A stretch of DNA of 64,000 nt from a virus. Position 1 is the first letter of the stretch; each line of letters starts with the position of its first letter. This document shows positions 25,337-33,359 of this stretch, in pieces. Below the pieces are notes generated by a model. It saw only the letters and a program-made list of their open reading frames with translations, was not told where the DNA came from and searched no databases. Both the position numbers and the translations under genes were made by a program. The stretch covers positions 1 through 64,000 of IMG/VR virus record IMGVR_UViG_3300037851_000547; one strand, written 5' to 3'.

Positions 25337-26212
25337 CTACAAAGTACACATTCTCGGTGACTTATCTATTCGCACCCGTAAAGCTTGAGCATGACGAAGA
25401 GCTCCGCTACGAAATAAATACCAACCTCGGAATTCAACAACAAGCTTTCCGATGTTCTCTTTCCGAAGCAGACTGGGATCTGGTGGAGCAGCCTTCATAA
25501 CCCGTTCGAGCTGCCCGTTCTTGTACAGTCCCCAGGCTCCGGTAGCTTCCGGACCCTTGTACTTTCCGCCTGGAGTCATTTCGATCCCGCACAGAACGTA
25601 GTCGCCTGTTATCCAGCGCTTGCACCTGACCCACTTATCCGTCTTTCCGTCCGAGCGAGTCGTATGGTAGGTCGATCGAAGAGGCTTCAGGACCAGGCCC
25701 TCGTATCCATCTTCGATCGCATGGTGGTAGAACGTCTCGAAGTCGTCGATCATCATCGGCACGCCGACGAAGCGAGACTCATCTCCGCGATCCAGCTGCT
25801 CGAGCAGATCGCAGACGATTCCGTTCCTGGTTCTCCACTCCTCGCCGACCAGCGTTTTCTGGCCGTGGATCACGAGCGCGTCGAACAGGTGAAACCGGCG
25901 GAAGCCGCGAAGCTTCACCTGGTCGGTTGCCCACTCCGTTGCCGCTTCGAGCTCTCCCACAATGATCGAGCCCTTCGGCAGCGGAATCGGCTGCAGGTGG
26001 ATGTCTCCCAGGTTCGAGCCACTGATCGGATCAGTAGTTCCGTCCCTGGAGTTGAGCCGGTGAGGCTGCCCGTTGGCAGGGTCGCCCACGGTAAGCTCGC
26101 ACCACATTCCGTCTACCTTGGCTTCGGCGACGTAGCCGCGGCCTTCGTAGTTGGAAAGCTGGTCCCTTTCGATATCGAGACCAGGGCCGAGATATGTTGG
26201 CGTTCTATCCAC
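25337..26212 (-). CDS. ATP-dependent DNA ligase (minimal, about 291 aa)
   Basis: Motif I AEAKVDGMW (KxDG), motif III HLFDAL, motif IV YEGLVLKP, motif V KWVRCKR. GTG at 26212 follows AAAGGATTGTAATA. The longer track ORF overlaps two other genes. Confidence 0.85.
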   Translation of the reverse strand: MDRTPTYLGPGLDIERDQLSNYEGRGYVAEAKVDGMWCELTVGDPANGQPHRLNSRDGTTDPISGSNLGDIHLQPIPLPKGSIIVGELEAATEWATDQVKLRGFRRFHLFDALVIHGQKTLVGEEWRTRNGIVCDLLEQLDRGDESRFVGVPMMIDDFETFYHHAIEDGYEGLVLKPLRSTYHTTRSDGKTDKWVRCKRWITGDYVLCGIEMTPGGKYKGPEATGAWGLYKNGQLERVMKAAPPDPSLLRKENIGKLVVEFRGWYLFRSGALRHAQALRVRIDKSPRMCTL

Positions 26213-26214
26213 TA

Positions 26215-26472
26215 TTACAATCCTTTCTCGAGGAGGTATTCCTCGATATCTTTTCTTCTGGCGTCGTTTCTCAGCTGGATCACGAACCAAGCTTCCCTGC
26301 AGGACGCGACACCAAGAAGCTCCCTGAGTCGCTGCTTTTCCCACTCGGTACGAACGGGGTTGACTGCCAGGCAGTAACACTCGTACCGAAGGTGTGCCGC
26401 CCCGAGAAAGATTGCCGCATCGGTGTAGCGCCTCTGAAGAATTTCCTGATCTCTGACAAGGAGCCTGTTCAC
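26215..26472 (-). CDS. hypothetical protein
   Basis: GTG at 26472 overlaps the upstream TGA (GTGA) and follows AAGGAGCTTGGAAA. 85 aa. Confidence 0.45.
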   Translation of the reverse strand: MNRLLVRDQEILQRRYTDAAIFLGAAHLRYECYCLAVNPVRTEWEKQRLRELLGVASCREAWFVIQLRNDARRKDIEEYLLEKGL

Positions 26473-26735
26473 TTTCCAAGCTCCTTCTTCAGAACCGTGA
26501 GCGCCTCGTTCACGGCACCGAAGACGTACTCGGCCTCGTCCAGCGTCATCCGGCCGAGCCTGCTGGGCGTCATCTGCCCGCCCTTCATGACGTGCCGCTG
26601 CACGCCGATCTTCGGCTCTCCACCGTTGTAGCGATAGACGCCTACCTGGATCATCTGGCCGTTGCCGTCCACATCGAAGCGGTACGGTGGCTGGCACAGG
26701 TGTACCAGGACATCCTTGTTGGACTGATATCCCAT
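26469..26735 (-). CDS. hypothetical protein
   Basis: ATG at 26735 follows GGAGGAACCA. 88 aa. The track N-terminal extension overlaps the upstream gene. Confidence 0.45.
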   Translation of the reverse strand: MGYQSNKDVLVHLCQPPYRFDVDGNGQMIQVGVYRYNGGEPKIGVQRHVMKGGQMTPSRLGRMTLDEAEYVFGAVNEALTVLKKELGK

Positions 26736-26782
26736 TGGTTCCTCCGTCTCGTTTCGCACCAGGCCCTTTGCCTGGCACGGGT

Positions 26783-26810
26783 CAGGGCACGAGCCGAAGC
26801 TCATGCCCTG
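26783..26810 (-). promoter_or_regulatory. 12-bp stem / UUCG tetraloop hairpin (motif copy A)
   Basis: The minus-strand RNA reads CAGGGCAUGAGC-UUCG-GCUCGUGCCCUG (one G-U pair), about 48 nt upstream of the 26735 start. Confidence 0.7.
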
Positions 26811-26823
26811 TACCGTACCGGCA

Positions 26824-27189
26824 CTAAAATCCACCTCTCTCGTCCCTGTCGGCGCAGGCATCGCACTGGTATCCGTGAGCGACATCTGCATCCGTCAGAG
26901 CGTTCGCCTTCCCGCATGAAGGGCACGGGTGCGTCCGCTCTCCCGGATGAAGGGCGCTGCGACCGCCGGGATCTCGGAAGCGCCTTCTCATGTACGCTTC
27001 CTCGTCATCGAAATCGTCTTCCCCACCACCATCTCCAGGGTCGTAATCTCCGCACCAGGTCTCGTGCGGCTCGTCCTCGGTGGCTCCACATTCTTCGCAA
27101 CAACCGCAGTCGCTGCAACCATGATGCGGGCAGACGAGTCTCCCCTGCTGCTCCGCGTCGAACATCGCATCTTCCTTCGAGTACGGCAT
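26824..27189 (-). CDS. hypothetical Cys-rich acidic protein (multiple CxxC)
   Basis: The ATG at 27189 lies 1 nt after the upstream stop. Contains CPHHGCSDCGCCEECG and CPSCG...CDAC. Confidence 0.5.
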   Translation of the reverse strand: MPYSKEDAMFDAEQQGRLVCPHHGCSDCGCCEECGATEDEPHETWCGDYDPGDGGGEDDFDDEEAYMRRRFRDPGGRSALHPGERTHPCPSCGKANALTDADVAHGYQCDACADRDERGGF

Positions 27190-27190
27190 G

Positions 27191-27556
27191 CTACATCTCC
27201 ACGCCGTCAATGAAGGTCCGACACCCGCCGGAAGCCGCTATCTTCAGTGGAATGACCTCGGCGAGCGTCGGTTTCTCCGTCCTGGAGACCAGCTTCTCGA
27301 GCTTCCGGATTGATCCGGCATCGAGCTGGCCCTCGATCTCTACCTCGTCGATGTCCAGCTCGACTCCGATGCTGTCGAGGTACTTTTCGAGCTTTCGCAT
27401 GTCGCCCATCAGTACCCCGGCCTGCCTGGATTCGCTCGCGGACAGGAACTCGGAAAGAACTTCCGGCAACGCCGCGAGCGCGTCCTGCCGCCGCCAGAAC
27501 AGATTGATGTTCTGTTCCTCTTCGTTGGCTACCATCACAGCAATTATCTCGAACAT
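27191..27556 (-). CDS. hypothetical acidic protein
   Basis: 121-aa ORF. Confidence 0.5.
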   Translation of the reverse strand: MFEIIAVMVANEEEQNINLFWRRQDALAALPEVLSEFLSASESRQAGVLMGDMRKLEKYLDSIGVELDIDEVEIEGQLDAGSIRKLEKLVSRTEKPTLAEVIPLKIAASGGCRTFIDGVEM

Positions 27557-27628
27557 GGTTCTCTTCCTCCGTTTGTCGGTCGAAGTGACCGGCCTGCCGC
27601 CCGGTAGGCGGCAGACCCGTTACTTCGT

Positions 27629-27826
27629 CTACTTGACCACTTTATCTGTCTCAGAATCGACTTCAGCGACAACCCTGAAAACCTCGGGGAAAAATCCTTC
27701 GTAGTAATCTGTCACTGCGTAAACCTCACCGAGCCTGGCGATTGCCATGTACGAAGCTTTCTGTCCTTGCTTCGTTCCGTCCTCGAGCCAGTGATTGCCC
27801 TTTTCGTCGAGTACATGCCTCACCAT
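27629..27826 (-). CDS. hypothetical small protein
   Basis: ATG at 27826 follows GGAGGAAATC. 65 aa. Confidence 0.4.
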   Translation of the reverse strand: MVRHVLDEKGNHWLEDGTKQGQKASYMAIARLGEVYAVTDYYEGFFPEVFRVVAEVDSETDKVVK

Positions 27827-27850
27827 GATTTCCTCCGTTTTCCTGTGCGG

Positions 27851-27899
27851 TTTGCACAAGCCAGGGCGCGAACCGAAGCTCGCGCCCTGAAGGTGCAAA
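27851..27899 (-). promoter_or_regulatory. 12-bp stem / UUCG tetraloop hairpin (motif copy B) inside a 7-bp outer stem
   Basis: The minus-strand RNA reads CAGGGCGCGAGC-UUCG-GUUCGCGCCCUG (27862-27889), flanked by TTTGCAC/GTGCAAA. It lies about 36 nt upstream of the 27826 start. Confidence 0.7.
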
Positions 27900-28037
27900 C
27901 GCTACGGAAGACCATGTTCACCAAGTTATCAAAGAGCGAAACCCCGACACTTGCCGCATTGAGGCAGGTACGGGGGTTTGTAGGTCAAGGAACCGTTACG
28001 ATGGTTTCTGACCGTCGTACATTTTCCAGGCTATCCC

Positions 28038-28073
28038 AGAAAGGGAAAACCCCAGGCGGTTTCCCGCCTGGGG
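28038..28073 (-). terminator. rho-independent terminator
   Basis: The minus-strand RNA reads CCCCAGGCGG-GAAA-CCGCCUGGGG followed by UUUUCCCUUUCU, 18 nt after the 28091 stop. Confidence 0.7.
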
Positions 28074-28090
28074 TTCCCAGGTAGCGATGT

Positions 28091-28600
28091 CTACTCGACC
28101 ACCTTACCGTCCACCAGCCAGAACTTCCGGCCGTTGACAGCGGTATCGGACCCCTGCACGAGCTTCGCCGCCTCCGTGTACGACCTGCACTCCCGGTTGC
28201 CGTCCAGAACGTAGACCCGTTCCTCGCGACGAACTAGCTCGTGCTGCTCGCCCTTGTAGGTGCGGAAAGCCGTTGCGCCGACAGGCATCTCGTCGTTTAC
28301 GATAGTGCCCTTCCCGGTCGAGACTCCGCTACCCGTGCCAGCGGACTTCACCTTGATTCCGGAGCGATAGGACCGCTCGGAGATGTGTCCGTTCTCGTCG
28401 ATGCCGAAGGAGACGGTGCAGGCCTCGGGCGGAATGATCCCCTCGAGCTTCCCGACCAGCTCGGTCAGGTACGCCTTTTTCGACTCCGTGAGTTGCTCGT
28501 CTACCGCCTTCTTCTTCTCCATCGCTGCAGCGAGCAGCTTCTGGAGATCGGTAGGGGACAACCCTTCGAGCATCGCAAGCAGGTTCTGATTGTCTGACAT
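28091..28600 (-). CDS. hypothetical protein (N-terminal coiled coil, small C-terminal domain); first gene leftward of the divergent region
   Basis: 169-aa ORF with a GGAGG-type RBS. The C-terminal SYTEAAKLVQGSDTAVNGRKFW faintly resembles small DNA-binding domains. Confidence 0.55.
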   Translation of the reverse strand: MSDNQNLLAMLEGLSPTDLQKLLAAAMEKKKAVDEQLTESKKAYLTELVGKLEGIIPPEACTVSFGIDENGHISERSYRSGIKVKSAGTGSGVSTGKGTIVNDEMPVGATAFRTYKGEQHELVRREERVYVLDGNRECRSYTEAAKLVQGSDTAVNGRKFWLVDGKVVE

Positions 28601-28738
28601 AGTTTCCTCCGTTAGGTGGCGAACCTATGCCAGGTATTCCTGCCTGGTCACCAGTGCCAGGCATGGAACAAGCCTGACACGGGTTTTCCACATTTTCATA
28701 GAACGCCGGGATTTTCCCGGTTTCACATACTACTGGCC

Positions 28739-28945
28739 ATTGTACAGTAGGCCGTTTGGTTTTTTTCATTGCGCCTATTGAACGCCTTTTGCACGAAGTA
28801 GGCCTGGCGTACTGGACGCGCAAGGTGCGCGGTCTGGCCATTGTACAGTGTGTAGTCCTTGTACGCTTTGCGCTTGTTACGCGCGCTCTGCCGATTGTAC
28901 AGTCGCCGCCTGGCGTGCAAGGCGCGGTACTGTCCATTGTACAGT
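28739..28945 (+). repeat. Four direct copies of ATTGTACAGT (iteron- or operator-like)
   Basis: Copies at 28739-28748, 28840-28849, 28894-28903 and 28936-28945. Copies 2 and 4 share a longer CCTGGCGT...CAAGG.GCGCGGT..TG.CCATTGTACAGT unit. Confidence 0.8.
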
Positions 28946-29130
28946 TTGCGGGTTTTTGGCCAGTCGTACTGCATTGCCTGGGCCAAATTCCGGTCAACCG
29001 GCCTGGCGTTCCTGGCACGCCTACCGCCAATTGCGCCAATCTGGCCCGAAATCGCCCGGATTCGCCTCGCGATACCGTTCCTGGACCAGAAGTGGCTTCC
29101 TGAACCTAAACCGGGCCAGAAACGCCCTCA

Positions 29131-29715
29131 GTGGCCACGATCTGGCCGATTCTGGACCCGTTGCTACCGTTCACGGACAGAGTTACCCTGAATTTCATGC
29201 AGACACTCGAATCGATCCGCAGGTTTCATCGTGAACACCACTCGATCGTCTGCGGACCAGGCCATGCGCTCTCCAGAAGCGCGACAACGATCCGCGAATA
29301 CTACGACAAACAGCCTTTTCCAGCCTTCTTCGTGGTCCGCCTGGCTCGAACGAACCCTCACGAAGTCTACAAAATGCTCGTTCATGCTCTCGGCCGGATG
29401 CCAGCCAATGGACTACGCGACGATCTGCTCCTGGCCAGAGCCGCCTTGCTCGACCCGGATACCGACGAGTCAGAGCTGCAGCGCCACTACGAGATCATGA
29501 ACGCTCCCGAAAAGCCTGCGCGCCCGCATCAGTACTACCGCCTGGTCTACTACATGCTGAAGTGGCACCTCGGCATCGCTCCAGACACAAACCTGATCGC
29601 CGTCCAGGAAAAGATGCAGGAACAACTCCGAAGCTTCGGGGTTCCTGACCATAAAAACGTGCTTCTGTCGTGGTTCAAAGAAGGGATGCCGTTCGAGAAG
29701 TGGGTGAACCTCTAG
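29131..29715 (+). CDS. hypothetical protein (plus-strand gene divergent from the leftward operon)
   Basis: 194-aa ORF (GTG at 29131; alternative ATG at 29197). Its stop overlaps the convergent minus-strand gene. Confidence 0.5.
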   Translation: MATIWPILDPLLPFTDRVTLNFMQTLESIRRFHREHHSIVCGPGHALSRSATTIREYYDKQPFPAFFVVRLARTNPHEVYKMLVHALGRMPANGLRDDLLLARAALLDPDTDESELQRHYEIMNAPEKPARPHQYYRLVYYMLKWHLGIAPDTNLIAVQEKMQEQLRSFGVPDHKNVLLSWFKEGMPFEKWVNL

Positions 29716-30074
29716 TATCCGGAGTACCCGCCCTCCTCTTCGTCATCATCGTCTTCGAGCTCTATCTTCCCCTGGCTGCTCTGTATGGTCTCGCCGGTCG
29801 TGTCGATCACACCCTGCGCTCCCGGATTCTTCAGCGATCGCTGCAGTTGAGCAAAGATCACCCCGGAAACTTCTGACTTTGACAGTCCGCGGCTTCTGGC
29901 GAGTCCTTCGGACAGCCGGTCGATCACGTCCGCGAGAAGCGTTCCCCAGGTTGACACGTCCTCCCACGTCTTCATCCTGGCGATGCACTCGAGCTTTCCA
30001 TCCACGATCCAGCAGCTCAAAATCTCGGCGCTCTTTCCGCGCCAACCATTCGGCTTCGGAAGTTCCTTGTCCAT
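29712..30074 (-). CDS. DUF5076-like protein
   Basis: EILSCWIVDGKLECIARMKTWEDVSTWGTLLADVIDRL resembles the DUF5076 pattern as I recall it. Asp/Glu tail. Confidence 0.45.
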   Translation of the reverse strand: MDKELPKPNGWRGKSAEILSCWIVDGKLECIARMKTWEDVSTWGTLLADVIDRLSEGLARSRGLSKSEVSGVIFAQLQRSLKNPGAQGVIDTTGETIQSSQGKIELEDDDDEEEGGYSGY

Positions 30075-30083
30075 CTTTCTCCT

Positions 30084-30296
30084 CTACTTGTCAGCTCGTG
30101 CTCTGAACTCTTTCACGGCCTCGTCGGCCCTCTCTCTGGCCATCGCAGCAACGGAGTCACCGATCTTTTTCGCCGGACGCTCCCACGGAAACTCCGTGTA
30201 TCCTTTGTCCTTCTCATGACCCCGTGAGAATACCTGAAGCCGGTCGAATTCGGAAGCGTACACGCTCGCCCACAGTTTCTGCTCGATCTCGTTCAT
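30084..30296 (-). CDS. hypothetical protein
   Basis: 70-aa ORF, ATGA overlap with the upstream gene. Confidence 0.4.
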   Translation of the reverse strand: MNEIEQKLWASVYASEFDRLQVFSRGHEKDKGYTEFPWERPAKKIGDSVAAMARERADEAVKEFRARADK

Positions 30297-31186
30297 GGCC
30301 TCTCCAGATGATCAGGAAACTCGTTCCAGACCTTGCCGTCCAGAATAGGAGCTTCTACGACACGATCGTTGAACGACGACTCAGGACTCTGCTTGAAATA
30401 GAAAGGAATGTCGAAGCCGTTCCTCTTGCATTGATCTCTGACGTGGCGAGCCCACTGGTAGTCGAAGCTCCTTCCCTGCCGACCGTTCACCTTCTCGCAG
30501 CCGACAATGATCCAGTCGAGACCCGTCTTCGACAGGTGCGACGATTTGGGCCACGGCAGCAATGGAAATCGAAGCTCGATATCTTCCAGCATCGGCTCCA
30601 TCGAGACGCCGTGAACGACGGCCGGAATCTCGAACAGCCTTGCCACTCTCTTGTCGTACATTTCCTGGTTCTCTGCCGATACCAAGATCCACACGTTGCG
30701 AAGCGGCCATGTCTTCGTTGGCGCGAATCGCGGAAGCGACTTGATGCGATGCCACGCCTGCTCGGCGCAGAAGTCGCGGATCGTCTCCGCGTGCTTCAGG
30801 TCGTCCACTTCTCCTTCGAGCCACCGGAAGAACGCTTCCGCGTGCGCAGGCCGCTTTGTGAGGATCTGAAACGTGTGCTGCTCGCAGTACGCCATGACTC
30901 CGAACACCGCGGCGAGAAATCGGTAGTAGTCGTAATCGCCGTATGGATAGAACAGGTCGCTCATGCTATCCACGAACACCATGCTCGGCTTCGACCAGTG
31001 AAGAGGCATGTTCAACCTGTTCGTGTGAACCGTGAAGCGAAACGGCTCTGCTCTTGGGTACCCGTACCGGCCTTTCAGCCGGTGCGCCATCTTCCTGGCA
31101 TAGCAGTTGTCGCAACCAGGAGAGATCGGCTTGCAGCCGGTCGTCGGGTTCCAGACCCTATCAGTCCACGGGATCTTTGTCTTCAT
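30293..31186 (-). CDS. phage Gp37/Gp68-family protein (DUF5131)
   Basis: The N-terminus IPWTDRVWNPTTGCKPISPGCDNCYA is the signature of this family. Confidence 0.8.
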   Translation of the reverse strand: MKTKIPWTDRVWNPTTGCKPISPGCDNCYARKMAHRLKGRYGYPRAEPFRFTVHTNRLNMPLHWSKPSMVFVDSMSDLFYPYGDYDYYRFLAAVFGVMAYCEQHTFQILTKRPAHAEAFFRWLEGEVDDLKHAETIRDFCAEQAWHRIKSLPRFAPTKTWPLRNVWILVSAENQEMYDKRVARLFEIPAVVHGVSMEPMLEDIELRFPLLPWPKSSHLSKTGLDWIIVGCEKVNGRQGRSFDYQWARHVRDQCKRNGFDIPFYFKQSPESSFNDRVVEAPILDGKVWNEFPDHLERP

Positions 31187-31452
31187 ACCTCTCCACCGCC
31201 TTCTGTCTCCGCGCGAGCTGCCTGATCGTGATGACGAGATCCCGGAGGATGCTTGAAAGTGATCTCCTCTCCCCTGGCTACAGCTGCGAGGATCTCTACG
31301 ACCGTTTCGAGCTTGTTTCCGGATTCGTCGTAGTGCTCCACGCCATCTTGCAACGACTTCGCCGTGGCGAGGATCATGTGAAGCGCCTTACGCTTCACAG
31401 GGTCTTGCTCTTTTTTGATATCAGCAGCTACCTTCTTGAAATCGAGCTTCAT
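31183..31452 (-). CDS. hypothetical protein
   Basis: 89-aa ORF, ATGA overlap. Confidence 0.45.
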   Translation of the reverse strand: MKLDFKKVAADIKKEQDPVKRKALHMILATAKSLQDGVEHYDESGNKLETVVEILAAVARGEEITFKHPPGSRHHDQAARAETEGGGEV

Positions 31453-31616
31453 CTATCTTTCCTTTCAACAGCCTTTGCAATTTTGGCCTCTTTGTCGCTG
31501 AGAAGCTTCTCAGTCCAACCCCTGTAGAATCCGTACCTGTATCCAGCCGCCCAGCCGAATACGAACACGCACGACACGATGAACAGGCACAGGAAGCAGA
31601 TTGCTACAAATTCCAT
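31449..31616 (-). CDS. small membrane protein (below the ORF-track cutoff)
   Basis: My translation gives MEFVAICFLCLFIVSCVFVFGWAAGYRYGFYRGWTEKLLSDKEAKIAKAVERKDR. Its stop overlaps the next ATG. Confidence 0.4.
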   Translation of the reverse strand: MEFVAICFLCLFIVSCVFVFGWAAGYRYGFYRGWTEKLLSDKEAKIAKAVERKDR

Positions 31617-31813
31617 GTGACGAAGCTTCTTCCGTCAGCCTGAAACTCGGTTTGTCGTCGCTGTATTTCGAGCGCCTTCAGAAACCGCTCGTACTTCTTG
31701 TGCTCCCTCACCGTGAATCCCCCGAAACAACTCGATCGAACAGCCTCGACACCTGTTCTCTTCCAGCAGCGCCGAAACTGGTACTTACACCTTCTTCCGG
31801 CCGTTCGATCCAA
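31604..31813 (-). CDS. hypothetical small basic protein (start uncertain)
   Basis: 69-aa ORF. An alternative GTG at 31711 follows GGGGGATTCACG. Confidence 0.25.
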   Translation of the reverse strand: MDRTAGRRCKYQFRRCWKRTGVEAVRSSCFGGFTVREHKKYERFLKALEIQRRQTEFQADGRSFVTWNL

Positions 31814-32048
31814 CTTCCATACTCACGATACCGTCAGGTCGCGATGAAACGTCGGCCTGCCCTCCTTTTTGTAACTGGGCTTCGGTTCTGGAAAAAAGGA
31901 CCGCTTCGAAGACTCCATCCTTGAAATCCCAATCCCAATCGAAATCGTCCGGAAGAATTCCTGCTTCTCTCAGCAGCACGATCATCTCGTGGAACGTGTT
32001 GAACTTGTCTCCGTCCTCGAATGTCAGTTTTATCCTTCCGCTGCTCAT
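31785..32048 (-). CDS. hypothetical protein
   Basis: 87-aa ORF. Confidence 0.4.
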   Translation of the reverse strand: MSSGRIKLTFEDGDKFNTFHEMIVLLREAGILPDDFDWDWDFKDGVFEAVLFSRTEAQLQKGGQADVSSRPDGIVSMEVGSNGRKKV

Positions 32049-32263
32049 GAATCAAGCCTCTCGTCGTATATCTGCCTGAGCTTCTCAACCTGTGCTTCGG
32101 TCAGGGAGTAGTTCTTGTCGATTTTCCTTTTCATGTCCTCGACGAAGCTCTGTTCCCATGCGGTGAAGCGCCCGTCGTCCTCCTCGAGAAGTTCGACGAG
32201 CGCATCGATCATGTCCTGCTCTTCGGAAGCTACATTTCTGCGATCAGGCAACTTTATTCCCAT
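32045..32263 (-). CDS. hypothetical acidic protein
   Basis: 72-aa ORF, ATGA overlap. Confidence 0.45.
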   Translation of the reverse strand: MGIKLPDRRNVASEEQDMIDALVELLEEDDGRFTAWEQSFVEDMKRKIDKNYSLTEAQVEKLRQIYDERLDS

Positions 32264-33206
32264 GAGATGCGCTCCATTGTAACCCGAAATAGTCGAAGGC
32301 TATACGAGCTGCCCTTTCCCGTAGATCGGGAACGCTCGACAGAGAAGCTGGCGGCACGAGTGGATCGAAGAACAGCTTCAATCCCTGGTAGATGAACTCT
32401 CGTACTGGAGATCCGAATCCACGACCACTTTTCAGCGCCATCATCAGCGCGTATTCGCAGACTTTGGCCGTGGCATCGTTGAGCCTGTCCGCGACATCTG
32501 CCCGTGAGTTGTCGTCGCTGAACAGGTGCGATATTCCCCAGATTTCAGCGGAGAAACTGAAATCGACCTTCACCTGTATCGACGCGCCATCCGTTCGCTC
32601 GGAAAGTCCCCGAAGCGCCTTCTCGAACGACTCTACGCAGGCTGGAAAGTCATCGAAAGATCGAAGTGAAGACCACAGCTTTCCAGCACCAGTAGCGAGC
32701 GTATCGAGCGTGGTGTGGATCTCATCCAGCCGATCGCGGGTTTCCGACAGCGTTTCCTCCATCGCCTCGAAACGGTAGTCGCGAATCAGCTCGCTCACCT
32801 CTATCAGTTTCGATCCAACCGTCTTGCCCAGGTCTCGCATCTCCTTGATGCCATCGGGGATCTGCTGCTCCTGCTTCGACAGGATTCCGTCCAGCAGCTC
32901 GACGGCATTCAGCTCCGAGGTCAGCTGTCCGGTCTTTTCCTGGATGCGCTGCATCAGCTTGTCGAGCACTTCCTGGTGAAAGACGCGCGGCATCGGCTGC
33001 CAATCTCCAGCGTTCTGAAAAGGCCCATCGGCAACACTTGGACACGTCAGCGGTGTCACCGGTGGATCTGGTTGATCCTCGACTCCAGTTACCGTCGCCT
33101 TGTCGAGTTCGCGCTGGAACGTCGATTGCCGCTCGGCAGGTATGATTCTCTTCACTTCTCTGACGAGCAATTCAAGTACATTATCTATTCTTCGCAACTC
33201 TGACAC
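32244..33206 (-). CDS. hypothetical helical protein
   Basis: 320-aa ORF. GTG start preceded by AAAGGAGGAACCA. Confidence 0.55.
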   Translation of the reverse strand: MSELRRIDNVLELLVREVKRIIPAERQSTFQRELDKATVTGVEDQPDPPVTPLTCPSVADGPFQNAGDWQPMPRVFHQEVLDKLMQRIQEKTGQLTSELNAVELLDGILSKQEQQIPDGIKEMRDLGKTVGSKLIEVSELIRDYRFEAMEETLSETRDRLDEIHTTLDTLATGAGKLWSSLRSFDDFPACVESFEKALRGLSERTDGASIQVKVDFSFSAEIWGISHLFSDDNSRADVADRLNDATAKVCEYALMMALKSGRGFGSPVREFIYQGLKLFFDPLVPPASLSSVPDLRERAARIAFDYFGLQWSASHGNKVA

Positions 33207-33229
33207 TGGTTCCTCCTTTATGGATAGAC

Positions 33230-33284
33230 GGCGACCCGAAGCCGCTCAGCGGGGGGGTACCGAGCATGGGGCTTCTGGGTCGCC
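33230..33284 (-). other. 55-nt rod-like hairpin abutting the tRNA 3' end (acceptor-stem-like GGCGACC/GGTCGCC closing pairs, C7 run in the loop)
   Basis: Read directly. GGCGACC..GAAGC...GCTTC.GGTCGCC gives 7+5 bp with one bulge. Confidence 0.6.
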
Positions 33285-33359
33285 GGTAGCGACGGTGGGA
33301 GTTGAACCCACTACCTCCGGAGTATGAGACCGGTGTGCAACCACCTACACTTCGTCGCA
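33285..33359 (-). tRNA. tRNA with CAU anticodon (Met, or Ile2 if lysidine-modified)
   Basis: Manual cloverleaf. The acceptor is GCGACG/CGTCGC with a U1-U72 mismatch. The D stem is GUGU/GCAC. The anticodon stem CCGG(U)/(U)CCGG carries the loop CUCAUAC. The T arm is GUGGG-UUCAACU-CCCAC. The discriminator is A followed by CC. A8 is atypical. Confidence 0.7.

Noticed and set aside
25337-26479. Over-long N-terminal extensions in the ORF track. Examples are ligase 25337..26479, 34585..35241, 33373..34143, 49780..50565, 42918..43805, 45956..48346, 48255..48893, 26469..26891 and 6677..7591.
   Set aside because: The extensions overlap better-supported upstream genes out of frame and are Arg/Gly/Pro-rich. 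Internal starts with GGAGG-type RBSs or ATGA/TGATG coupling give the domain-complete proteins.
28329-29039. A 236-aa minus-strand ORF and the YNGQ-repeat ORF 28723..28986, plus plus-strand ORFs 28756..29234, across the divergent region.
   Set aside because: Their composition is not protein-like (Arg/Cys/Thr-rich). The repeated LYNGQ is only the translation of the ATTGTACAGT iterons. They overlap the well-supported 28091..28600 gene out of frame and have no RBS.
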